In this document: positions 9,939-20,585 of the stretch, in pieces | How positions within the stretch are numbered: position 1 is the first letter of the stretch | How the letters are laid out: each line of letters starts with the position of its first letter | Assembly: GCA_002397155.1 (NCBI GenBank) | Contig: DGZR01000079.1 | Coordinates: 873 to 64,872, forward strand | Length of the DNA: 64,000 nucleotides | Direction: 5' to 3' | Source of the DNA: Firmicutes bacterium UBA4975 | Lineage (GTDB): Bacteria > Bacillota > Proteinivoracia > UBA4975 | Notes under the pieces: generated by a model | Databases searched by the model: none | What the model was told of the DNA's origin: nothing | What the model saw: only the letters and a program-made list of their open reading frames with translations | Translations under genes and position numbers: made by a program

Positions 9939-10030
9939 GTAATACATGGTGCAACGGTTGCAGAAAGGGGTGTACATAGGAACTCTCTAATAGCGTTTCA
10001 AGACACTATCTAATATTAAGGAGGCAAATC

Positions 10031-11287
10031 ATGAGTCAAGCAGTGGCTGTCGAGACAGAGAACTCTGGCAATCGGACTTGGGCGGCACTTAAAAAAATTG
10101 GTCCTGCATTTGTATCAGCAACCACAATTTTTGGGCCGGCTTCACTTCTTCTAGCTGCTTTGGCAGGTGCGTTGTATCGGTACTCCCTGATGTGGGTTGT
10201 CGTCTTGGTCTTGGTTGAGCGACTTGTCTATTTTGAAATGGGAACCCGGTTGGGCATTATGATGCCGCACCATCTGTTGACAACGGCTAGTCGGACATAT
10301 AACAACAAGTGGATTGGCATAGTGGGGGGCATCGTCAGCTTCCTAAGTTCGGCTCCATATGCGGCTGGCAATGTCCTGGGTTGTTCTTTAGCGGCGCAGC
10401 TCCTCCTGGGCGGCAATCTAGTTGTTTGGGCCATCGGTTTTATGATAGCTGCAGTATTGATTTTCTTTTTCCGTGGGGTTTACCAGCGCCTAGAAAAGAT
10501 TGCCTTAATAATGGTTGCCCTGATGCTGGTCACCTTTCTTGCAACCTTGGCATTTTCCGGCTTTTCTGCCGGGGAAGCAGCTAAAGGTTTAATTCCAGGT
10601 GCAATGGCGGCACCACCCTTACTTTTGGCGATATCGATCTTTTCAACTAACCAGAGCGCAATGGGTTTCACCCAAGTTTACTTTGTCCGGGGGAAAAAAT
10701 ACACCCCCAAGGATTTAAAAGACGCACGTTTTGACCACATCCTTTCAAGCGTACTTCTAAGCGTAATAACCGCCGCTATTATGGCAGTTGGCGCTGAGGT
10801 CCTTAACCCGGCTGGGATTGTTCCTACCAGCGCGCCCCAGGCAGCCCGCATGTTGGAGCCGTTAGTGGGCTCCGGTGCGAAAATATTATTTGGGTTGGGG
10901 CTTTTTGGGGCGGCATTTACCTCTCTTTCCGGCCATCCCGTGCTAAATGGCATCACTTTGGGCGACGCATTCCAGCGGGCTGACGCCGGTGCTGACTCCC
11001 GATTTGCAAAAATTACTGCCTCTGCCCTCGTGATTGTCATGGGTTTATTTGGAATTCTACCTGTGGCATTTGGCTGGCAGGCCATCAATATTTACTGGAT
11101 ATGTGCCCTGGGAGGATTGATTGGCTATCCGTTTAGAGGGATTATCGCCTTATCCTTAGCAAAGCGGAAAGACATAATGAAGGATCTGGCTTTTAACAAA
11201 ACCTACTTTAAATTCTTGGTAGCGTTTTTCGTCGTTATCTTGGGTTTTGTGATTTACTCTTCCTTAAAAAATCTAGGGGTCTTCTAG
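10031..11287 (+). CDS. polytopic membrane transporter (APC/NRAMP-like fold, substrate unknown)
   Basis: 418 aa, ~11 TM helices, strong RBS AAGGAGG; sits downstream of the sigma-54 promoters. Confidence 0.5.
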   Translation: MSQAVAVETENSGNRTWAALKKIGPAFVSATTIFGPASLLLAALAGALYRYSLMWVVVLVLVERLVYFEMGTRLGIMMPHHLLTTASRTYNNKWIGIVGGIVSFLSSAPYAAGNVLGCSLAAQLLLGGNLVVWAIGFMIAAVLIFFFRGVYQRLEKIALIMVALMLVTFLATLAFSGFSAGEAAKGLIPGAMAAPPLLLAISIFSTNQSAMGFTQVYFVRGKKYTPKDLKDARFDHILSSVLLSVITAAIMAVGAEVLNPAGIVPTSAPQAARMLEPLVGSGAKILFGLGLFGAAFTSLSGHPVLNGITLGDAFQRADAGADSRFAKITASALVIVMGLFGILPVAFGWQAINIYWICALGGLIGYPFRGIIALSLAKRKDIMKDLAFNKTYFKFLVAFFVVILGFVIYSSLKNLGVF

Positions 11288-11354
11288 GATCCATAGAATG
11301 TCTTTTCAGGTTTTGCCACATTGGGACGAGAAAAAATCACGAGGAGGTTTCAGC

Positions 11355-12347
11355 ATGAGTAATAAGTATGACAAGTTGTACGTCGCTTTGGTCACCCCAT
11401 TCAAGCCAGGAACAGAAGATATCGATTATGACGCATGGCGGAAACTTTTACAGTATTGGGGACAAAATCAATTCGTTCAAGCAGGCGGCGGAATTTTGGT
11501 AAACCCCGAAGCGGGAGAATGTTTTTACACCACAATAGAAGAGAAGGTTCGCCTGACTGAAATTGCCCTGGAAGAGTTGGGAGACAAAATGTTTGTCTTT
11601 TCAGGGGTCATGCAGCCGACCACTAGGGAAATCGTTAAAGAGGCAAAAGCCTTAAAGGATATCGGGGTGCACGGTTTGTTTACTCCTCCTCCCATGGGGG
11701 CCATGGATATTTCCTCTTCCTGGGATCCCATCTTGTATCCGGAAGTATGGACCGATCAGCTTAAGGCCATAACTAACGTCGCTGATCTGCCCATTATCAC
11801 CCATCCCACCGGGGGCAAGTATTATGGAATCCCGGTGCAAGCAATCCCAGTTATCCTTGATGAGGTGCCGAATATTATCGGGTGGAAAATGCTCACCTCA
11901 GATATTAAGGCTACCGGGCGTGTTTTACGAGAATACAAGAAACGCCATGTCGGCATTTTCATGGCTGGCGCGTACAAATTCCAGGAAGCCTTTGCCTATG
12001 GCTACTTTGACGGCACGGTCAGTGGTTTCTGGAATTATTCCATGGAGATCATGTTGCCCTATCTGGAAGCCTGGCGTACTAACGATGTGGTGAAAGCCAG
12101 GGAAATTCTTTTCAGCGGGTTTATGGACCTACATGAGTATGTGCTTGGCACCGGGGGAGAAATGCGTCTGCATACGGCATACAAGGCGGCTACTTGGCTT
12201 CGTGGTTTGATCCCCGACCCCTTTATGCGTGCTCCCCAGAGGAAACTGCGCCCCGAAGAAGTGCGAAATTTGCGGGACCGCTTGAAAGCCGTCGGATTGG
12301 ACGTTATCAGCGATAAAGATATCCGCAAAGCCTACCCCACATTCTAA
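11355..12347 (+). CDS. DapA/N-acetylneuraminate-lyase family class I (Schiff-base) aldolase
   Basis: ATG after GAGGAGG; LYVALVTPF N-terminal signature of the DHDPS/NAL family; ~330 aa. Confidence 0.65.
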   Translation: MSNKYDKLYVALVTPFKPGTEDIDYDAWRKLLQYWGQNQFVQAGGGILVNPEAGECFYTTIEEKVRLTEIALEELGDKMFVFSGVMQPTTREIVKEAKALKDIGVHGLFTPPPMGAMDISSSWDPILYPEVWTDQLKAITNVADLPIITHPTGGKYYGIPVQAIPVILDEVPNIIGWKMLTSDIKATGRVLREYKKRHVGIFMAGAYKFQEAFAYGYFDGTVSGFWNYSMEIMLPYLEAWRTNDVVKAREILFSGFMDLHEYVLGTGGEMRLHTAYKAATWLRGLIPDPFMRAPQRKLRPEEVRNLRDRLKAVGLDVISDKDIRKAYPTF

Positions 12348-12377
12348 AGGGAAAGCCAATTAACCACAATCTAATCT

Positions 12378-12416
12378 GACAGTAGAAAAAGGGACATTAC
12401 TGTCATCGAGTTTTTC
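12378..12416 (+). terminator. rho-independent terminator after the aldolase gene
   Basis: tgacagta-N12-tactgtca hairpin followed by tcgagTTTTTcg. Confidence 0.5.
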
Positions 12417-12460
12417 GCTGTAGTCTTTCAGTGTACAGGCCAGTGGTGACAGTAATGTCC
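12392..12460. repeat. 14-bp inverted repeat GGACATTACTGTCA / TGACAGTAATGTCC flanked by 7-bp direct repeats tctaatc
   Basis: read directly from the sequence; nested with the terminator hairpin. Confidence 0.5.
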
Positions 12461-12507
12461 ACTCTAATCGAAGATGCTATATTCAACAGGATTTTTTTCA
12501 GGGTACT

Positions 12508-13986
12508 TTGCTTGCCGTATCTCGAGGGGTGAAAACAATTAATGATCTAAATACAGTCCGCAAGGTAGACAGGATATCCTGGCGTGAATACTTGTCGCTT
12601 TTACCATTCGTCGTCCTGGGAGCGCTGGTGGGAGTTCTTTGCCCTTGGCAACCGGGATTGAGCATTATCGGCCACCGAGCTTTGATGGGGATTATTATTA
12701 CGATCGGGCTTTGGGTGTGTAAACCGGGAGGAGTACCCTTCTCGGTTTCGGGCTGCTTTCTGATGATGTTCTTTTTACTCTGTGGGGTGTCGGGACCAAC
12801 AGTATTTTCAGGATTCACCAGCAGTTCCCTGTGGGTATTAATACCTGCTCTGTTTTTTGGGCATGCCCTCAATAAGACAGGGTTGGGAAAGCGGCTGTCT
12901 TACTTGGTGATTAAGGCATTTAAACCCACCATGGGAGGACTTATCTTTGCTTGGGTGGCAATCGGTCTGTTTCTCTCCGCTCTTACACCTTCCATCGCGG
13001 TGAGGATAGTGATAATAATGCCACTAGCGAAGGGCAGCGCGGATATTTGCGGTTTGAAGAAAGGGTCTACCAATAGGGCCTTGTTGTTACTGACCGCGTG
13101 GGCCATGGCCCTTCTACCTGGGACCGGCTGGCTCACCGGCACCCTTTTAGGACCGGTGATTCTCGGGCTCTATAATTCCTCTCCCAAACTGGCAGGGGTG
13201 ATCACTTTTGCCTCCTGGAGTAAAGCGGCTTTATTGCCGGTGGCGATAATGAACATCCTGCTCATTATAGGCAGTTACTTCGTCTTTAGACCCAAGCCAA
13301 TCCCCGTTCTGGAAAGAGAAGTATTTGTAAAGGAATATGCAAAGCTTGGGCCAGTGAGAAAAGAAGAGATCATAACAGGTTTCTTGCTGTCCCTCTGTTT
13401 TATTCTCTTTGCCACTGGCCAGTTACATGGAATTCCGGACGCAGCTATTTGCTTGGGAGGCCTTTTTGCCCTTACAGCGGTTGGCATAATCAGGGTTGAA
13501 GACATCAGCAAGGGCATTAGCTGGGACCTGCCAATTTTCGTCGGGGTAATCTTGGGTTTGGGGGCGATTTTTGCTGAAACGGGAATCACCCCCTGGCTTG
13601 CTGCCACACTCACGTCGGTTTTGACTCCCGTGGCCCACAATCCCTGGCTTTTTGTTTTCGCTGTAACCGCAGGCCTGTTTGTTGTAAGATTTTTTGACGT
13701 AACCAGTCTAATACTGACTATGGCGATTCTAATCCCGGTAATCCCGGAAATGTCGGAAAGGTTTGCCATAAACCCCCTGGTCTGGATTACAATCTTTGTC
13801 TTTACCGGCAAGTTCTTTATCATGAGCTACCAAAATATGTTCGCTTTGATTGGGGAATCCATACTCGGCGGGGACGGTTGGAACAGGAAACAGCTTGCTT
13901 TATACGGGACAGTTTATCTTTTCGCCTGTTTGGTGGCATTGGTTGTAGCTGTCCCATATTGGACAGCATTGGGTTTCTTCAAGTAA
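12508..13986 (+). CDS. anion permease, DASS/SLC13 (CitT/ArsB-NhaD superfamily)-like; exact start uncertain (TTG 12508 or GTG 12529)
   Basis: ~490 aa, many TM helices, internal repeat architecture typical of divalent-anion:Na+ symporters. Confidence 0.55.
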   Translation: MLAVSRGVKTINDLNTVRKVDRISWREYLSLLPFVVLGALVGVLCPWQPGLSIIGHRALMGIIITIGLWVCKPGGVPFSVSGCFLMMFFLLCGVSGPTVFSGFTSSSLWVLIPALFFGHALNKTGLGKRLSYLVIKAFKPTMGGLIFAWVAIGLFLSALTPSIAVRIVIIMPLAKGSADICGLKKGSTNRALLLLTAWAMALLPGTGWLTGTLLGPVILGLYNSSPKLAGVITFASWSKAALLPVAIMNILLIIGSYFVFRPKPIPVLEREVFVKEYAKLGPVRKEEIITGFLLSLCFILFATGQLHGIPDAAICLGGLFALTAVGIIRVEDISKGISWDLPIFVGVILGLGAIFAETGITPWLAATLTSVLTPVAHNPWLFVFAVTAGLFVVRFFDVTSLILTMAILIPVIPEMSERFAINPLVWITIFVFTGKFFIMSYQNMFALIGESILGGDGWNRKQLALYGTVYLFACLVALVVAVPYWTALGFFK

Positions 13987-13989
13987 GTT

Positions 13990-14026
13990 AAACGCGCGGC
14001 CCGCTGGAAGGCTGCGCGTTTTTATT
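13990..14026 (+). terminator. rho-independent terminator
   Basis: aacgcgcggcc-N9-ggctgcgcgtt followed by TTTTATT. Confidence 0.6.
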
Positions 14027-14079
14027 GAAGAGGTTTTAGAGGATTCACTGTCGAAACCTATTGCAAGGAGGTTTACATT

Positions 14080-15996
14080 ATGGCCGTTGCTTCAAAAATC
14101 CTGCTGCTTCTCCCCAGATCAAGCGCTTATAAAAAAATAGTTCATGAAGCCCTGGAAAGTTTCAACTTGGATCTGTCTATTGAAATAGAAACAAGGGAAG
14201 TTTCAATAGCGGATATGACCGCTAATATTGATAAAGATGCGATAGACGCTGTGATAGTCCGTAGCTTGGGAGCGAAAATATTTGACCGGGAAGTACCGCA
14301 GATCCCGGTAGTGACTGTGGACATCCGGGATATTGAACTATTGGGAGCTTTATACCGGGCCAAAACTGCAGGAGCCAACACGGTGGCAATAATCGACTAT
14401 TATTATAATAAGAACCTTTTCGACCTGGATCTTATTGAGGAATTGTTAAAGATTAAGCTGGTGCGAATTTTCCTCCGCAGATTTGATGATTGGTCAGAGA
14501 TACATAGTAATCTTGTTAAGGCGGTGGGAGCTGGGGTGGAGGCTATAGTCAGCCAGTGGGTGTTTATTACAAACGAGGCAGCTAAATACGGTTTTTCCAC
14601 CGAAGTTGCTTACTGCAGTAAGGAAAATGTGGTAAAATCTATCAACCAAGCGCGTAAGATCGCTTTATCCAAGGCCTATGAAAAGAAGCAGAAAGAGAAG
14701 TTTGCTGCAGTTGTAGACGGTGTTTCAGACTCGATCATCGTTATCGATGATAACGGTCTGGTAAATCATGTGAATCCCTCAGCTAGAAAGATAATCGAGG
14801 AAAAATATATTGGGAAAAGTATTCTTGCTTGCCCTCCGGAACACATTTTGCGATTCCTGTATGGAAACGGCAACGAGAGTGACTATGAATATGTGACCGC
14901 TGACAATGAGATGTACGTTGTTTCTCGAAAGAAACTACCCTCAGATAAAGGAGAAGAGACGGTTATTTTCTTCCAGCCGGCAAAGAATATTGTCCGTGCG
15001 GAGAAAAATATCCGAAGAAAGTTAAGCGCGTACAGAGGTTTTCATGCCAAGTACTTGCTGCAAAACATTGTGGGCAACTCGGATAGTCTTAGTCGGGTTT
15101 TGGGTGAAGCTACCCATTTTGCCCGTTCAGATGCAACTATTCTAATCTTCGGTGAAAGCGGAACGGGAAAAGAACTATTCGCCCATGGTATCCATATGGA
15201 AAGCAATCGCGCTTCGGGTCCTTTTGTGCCAGTTAACTGCGCATCCATACCCAAGACCTTAGTTGAAAGCGAACTATTTGGCTATGAAGAAGGAGCTTTT
15301 ACTGGTGCTCAAAAAGGCGGTAAACCAGGTTTTTTTGAACTTGCCGACAACGGCACTATTTTTATAGATGAGATTGGAGATCTGGGGTTAAGCAGTCAAG
15401 CGAGGTTGCTCAGGGCTTTGCAAGAGATGGAAGTAGTTCGGCTGGGGGGGACTCAAATCATCCCAATCAACGCTCGGATAATTGCTGCAACTAACAAGGA
15501 CTTGCGGGAAGAAATCCGGGCTGGTAATTTTCGGCAGGACCTGTATTACCGACTTAATGTATTAAGTTTGAATGTGCCGCCCTTGAGAGAACGGAAGGAA
15601 GACATCCCCTTATTGTTCATGCACTTTATAAATACTGTTTCCAAGCGAATTAATATAGAACCGGTGAATTTTAGTCCGGAAGAAGTGGAAAGGCTGAAGG
15701 AATACCACTGGCCAGGCAATGTGAGGGAACTAGAGAACTTTGTCGAAAGGCTTCTTGCCTTGGGCGGGGACGTACCCTTTGGCCGGTTAGTCGATTCACT
15801 AATAGGGTGCAGGGACAGCCTGGGTAGCGAGCCGGGGGAGATATCTATTCGCTTGGATTCACTGAAGAACATGGAAAGGCAAATGATTCAAGAAGCACAG
15901 AGAGTGTTTGGGGCTAACCGGACTGAACTTGCCAGAGTTCTGGGGATTAGTCGGCAAACGCTTTGGAATAAATTTAAAGAAATTAATACTTTCTAG
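14080..15996 (+). CDS. sigma-54-dependent transcriptional activator (PrpR-like N-domain + PAS + AAA+ + Fis HTH)
   Basis: GESGTGKELFAHGIH Walker A, GAFTGA motif (EGAFTGAQKGG), C-terminal HTH RTELARVLGISRQTLWNKFKE. Confidence 0.85.
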   Translation: MAVASKILLLLPRSSAYKKIVHEALESFNLDLSIEIETREVSIADMTANIDKDAIDAVIVRSLGAKIFDREVPQIPVVTVDIRDIELLGALYRAKTAGANTVAIIDYYYNKNLFDLDLIEELLKIKLVRIFLRRFDDWSEIHSNLVKAVGAGVEAIVSQWVFITNEAAKYGFSTEVAYCSKENVVKSINQARKIALSKAYEKKQKEKFAAVVDGVSDSIIVIDDNGLVNHVNPSARKIIEEKYIGKSILACPPEHILRFLYGNGNESDYEYVTADNEMYVVSRKKLPSDKGEETVIFFQPAKNIVRAEKNIRRKLSAYRGFHAKYLLQNIVGNSDSLSRVLGEATHFARSDATILIFGESGTGKELFAHGIHMESNRASGPFVPVNCASIPKTLVESELFGYEEGAFTGAQKGGKPGFFELADNGTIFIDEIGDLGLSSQARLLRALQEMEVVRLGGTQIIPINARIIAATNKDLREEIRAGNFRQDLYYRLNVLSLNVPPLRERKEDIPLLFMHFINTVSKRINIEPVNFSPEEVERLKEYHWPGNVRELENFVERLLALGGDVPFGRLVDSLIGCRDSLGSEPGEISIRLDSLKNMERQMIQEAQRVFGANRTELARVLGISRQTLWNKFKEINTF

Positions 15997-16055
15997 ATCA
16001 AAAAGTTTTCAGATACATTTATTTTTTCTTTCTCCGATCTAGACTATAACAGCCC

Positions 16056-16084
16056 TTGCAACGGGGCTTGGCCTGTGATATTAT
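16056..16084 (+). promoter_or_regulatory. putative sigma-A promoter of the rplU-prp-rpmA operon
   Basis: TTGCAA-N17-TATTAT about 90 nt upstream of rplU. Confidence 0.4.
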
Positions 16085-16173
16085 TGCGGTTGGAGTTATA
16101 ACCGCTCGAACCGGGCTTTAAAAGCCTTTTGGCTGCCTGGGTTTGGCGAGTACCTGCATTGGAGGTGTAAACC

Positions 16174-16491
16174 ATGTACGCTATTATCGAAAATGGTGGC
16201 AAACAGTACCGTGTCTCCAAGGGGGATGTGGTCCTCCTGGAAAAAGTTGCGGCTCAGCCGGGGGACACTCTTTCCCTGCCGGAGGTTCTGGCGGTGGAGT
16301 CCGAGGGCAAGCTGCACCTGGGTAAGCCCTACCTGGAAAATGCCAGCATCACTGCCCGGGTCATTGGCCAGGGCAAGGCCAAAAAAATCGTCATCTTTAA
16401 GTACAAAGCCAAGAAAAACTATCGACGCAAGACTGGCCATCGCCAGCCCTTTACCAAGGTGGCGATTGAAAGCATCAACTTTGCCCAATGA
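16174..16491 (+). CDS. rplU: 50S ribosomal protein L21
   Basis: MYAIIENGGKQYRV canonical L21 N-terminus. Confidence 0.95.
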   Translation: MYAIIENGGKQYRVSKGDVVLLEKVAAQPGDTLSLPEVLAVESEGKLHLGKPYLENASITARVIGQGKAKKIVIFKYKAKKNYRRKTGHRQPFTKVAIESINFAQ

Positions 16492-16817
16492 TTGAGGTCA
16501 GGTTTTACCGGAGCGGGCAGTCCCTGCAAGGTTTTTCTGCCCAGGGCCACGCGGATTTTAGCGACCGGGGCACCGACATCGTCTGTTCGGCATTTTCCGC
16601 CCTCAGCCAGACGGCTATTTTGGCACTGGACCAGGTGGCGGGCGTGACGCCGGAATGGAAGCGGCGGGATGGGTTTGTCCAGTGCCGGGTCCCGGAGGGC
16701 CTGGTCGGGGATTGCAGTTTTGCAACCCAGGTGATATTCAAGACCTTTTTGACAGGCCTGGAGCACATCGCCTGTCAGTATCCGGGTTTTTTCAGGGTAA
16801 GCTATGAGGAGGTGTAA
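16488..16817 (+). CDS. prp: ribosomal-processing cysteine protease Prp (DUF464)
   Basis: conserved position between rplU and rpmA; 109 aa; ATGA start overlap. Confidence 0.8.
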   Translation: MIEVRFYRSGQSLQGFSAQGHADFSDRGTDIVCSAFSALSQTAILALDQVAGVTPEWKRRDGFVQCRVPEGLVGDCSFATQVIFKTFLTGLEHIACQYPGFFRVSYEEV

Positions 16818-16820
16818 CCG

Positions 16821-17116
16821 ATGTTCAAAATAGATCTGCAGTTGTTTGCCTCGAAAAAGGGTGTGGGCAGTTCCAAGAACGGCCGGGACTCAATCGCCAA
16901 GCGCCTTGGGGTCAAGAGCCAGGACGGTCAGTTTGTCACCGCCGGTTCCATCTTGGTTCGCCAGAGGGGGACAAAGATCCATCCCGGCGCCAATGTGGGC
17001 CTGGGCGGCGATGACACTCTTTTTGCGAAGATTGACGGGGTAGTTGCCTTTGAAGGCAATGGGGCCCGGGGACGCAAGAGAGTCAGCGTTTATCCTGACG
17101 CTAAAGCGGCAATATA

Positions 17117-17117
<1 letters not shown>
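16821..17117 (+). CDS. rpmA: 50S ribosomal protein L27 (with N-terminal propeptide)
   Basis: [24 protein letters not shown]; Prp cleavage motif LQLF/A. Confidence 0.95.
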
Positions 17118-19053
<1,936 letters not shown>

Positions 19054-19076
19054 AAGGGAACAAAGGGGGGTGCAAG

Positions 19077-20264
19077 ATGCAGTACCTGCCCCGGTCCAGC
19101 CGTTTTAGGTCCCGGCGCAAAGGAGTCAACTTTAAAAAGCTGGGCACAATAATTGCCCTGGCAGTATTCTTGATCGCTGCCCTGGCTTTTGTGCGCTATT
19201 ATTCCCTGTACGCCGCCCTCAAAGAGCCGGCGGTTCCCGCTGTCTGGCGCCCCGAAGGGGGTCGGGTTCAGATCTTGCTGGCCGGTCGCCACAACAATAA
19301 GATTACGGCTTGCACCGTCCTCTCCATATCGGCGGAGGAAGGGGTGCCCGTCAGTATCCTCCGCCTGCCTGCCGCCACCCTCCTAGGTGGCTTGGCGGCT
19401 GCCGATTCTCTTGCCGAAGTGTACGGCCAAATGGGAATTGAAAAGATGATCGAGGGGGTGGACGGGCTCCTGGCCGGGCGGCTGCCCATAAGCCACTACC
19501 TGGTCTACGACGTCCAGGGCCTTGCCGAAATCGTCACTGCTCTGGAACCGGTGAAGATAAACCTGCCGGAAAAATTCCAGGTCAGGGCGGGGGACACCGA
19601 TTATATTTTTGGGCCCGGCGACCGGGAAATCACCGGCGGGGACATAGTTCCCCTCATCGCCTCGGACACCGATTTTTTGGCGGCCAGCTTTTGGGCAGAA
19701 AAATCCCTGCTGGTGCAGGTCGTGAATCAGCTCTTTTCTTTTAATCACATCAGTTACTATGTGCGCAACATGGGGGCTATCTCCGACGCGTATGAAACTG
19801 ATTTAGAACCCCGCCAGCTCGCCCGGCTGCGCGACACCTTGCAAGCTCTGGAATGGGAAGACCGCCGGTACTCGGTTTTGCCGGGACGCTGGCTGGTTTC
19901 GGAGGATCAGCGCTTTTGGGCGGGGGACGAGGGCATGATCGAGATGAGCTTACGCCAGATTATTGAGAATATCCCGAGCTACGACAAAGCGGCCCTGAAA
20001 GTGGACATCTTCAATGGCAACGGGATCAGCGGTTTTGCCGGAAAAACCGCCGACCGGCTGCGGGAAAGAGGCTACAATGTGGGCCAGGTGGGCAACACGG
20101 ACACTACCCAGGTCACTCAAGTATACTACCAACAGGAGTATCTTTTAGCGGCCATAGAAATTTCCTTGCTCCTGGATACCGAGGCAGTTCTCATCCAGGA
20201 TCGGTACTATGACAGCAACAATCCGGTCTCGGTCGTTTTGGGACTTGACTTAGCAGGGAGGTAG
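19077..20264 (+). CDS. LytR-CpsA-Psr (LCP) family protein with C-terminal LytR_C domain
   Basis: N-terminal TM, LCP core, C-terminal DIFNGNGISGFAGKTADRLRERGY. Confidence 0.75.
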   Translation: MQYLPRSSRFRSRRKGVNFKKLGTIIALAVFLIAALAFVRYYSLYAALKEPAVPAVWRPEGGRVQILLAGRHNNKITACTVLSISAEEGVPVSILRLPAATLLGGLAAADSLAEVYGQMGIEKMIEGVDGLLAGRLPISHYLVYDVQGLAEIVTALEPVKINLPEKFQVRAGDTDYIFGPGDREITGGDIVPLIASDTDFLAASFWAEKSLLVQVVNQLFSFNHISYYVRNMGAISDAYETDLEPRQLARLRDTLQALEWEDRRYSVLPGRWLVSEDQRFWAGDEGMIEMSLRQIIENIPSYDKAALKVDIFNGNGISGFAGKTADRLRERGYNVGQVGNTDTTQVTQVYYQQEYLLAAIEISLLLDTEAVLIQDRYYDSNNPVSVVLGLDLAGR

Positions 20265-20267
20265 CAT

Positions 20268-20585
20268 ATGCAAAAACCGCAGGCAGTGACCCTGGCCAGC
20301 AACGCTGCGGCAGAAAAGAAAGCCACGGAGGTCAAGGTCCTGAAAATTCAGGCCTCTTTTACCGATTACTTTATTCTCGCCACGGGACTCAATCGGGTCC
20401 ACACCAAGTCCCTGGCGGATTACATCGAGGAGACCCTGGCCGAGGGGGATTTTTACCCTTTCAGCCGGGAGGGCTATGAAGAAGGGGAATGGATTCTCCT
20501 GGACTACCTGGACTTTGTCGTCCATGTATTTACTCCGGAGGCTAGGGACTACTACCAGCTAGAGAGGTTGTGGCAGCGGGGATGA
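20268..20585 (+). CDS. rsfS: ribosomal silencing factor RsfS (Iojap)
   Basis: 105 aa; conserved downstream of nadD; FILATG.N..H. Confidence 0.85.
   Translation: MQKPQAVTLASNAAAEKKATEVKVLKIQASFTDYFILATGLNRVHTKSLADYIEETLAEGDFYPFSREGYEEGEWILLDYLDFVVHVFTPEARDYYQLERLWQRG

Noticed and set aside
16085-16173. Structured leader upstream of rplU (possible L21-leader-like ribosomal autoregulatory RNA)
   Set aside because: Small hairpins are visible (ggcttt/aaagcc, agcccc/ggggct) but I cannot verify a match to a known leader family without a covariance model, so it is not annotated.
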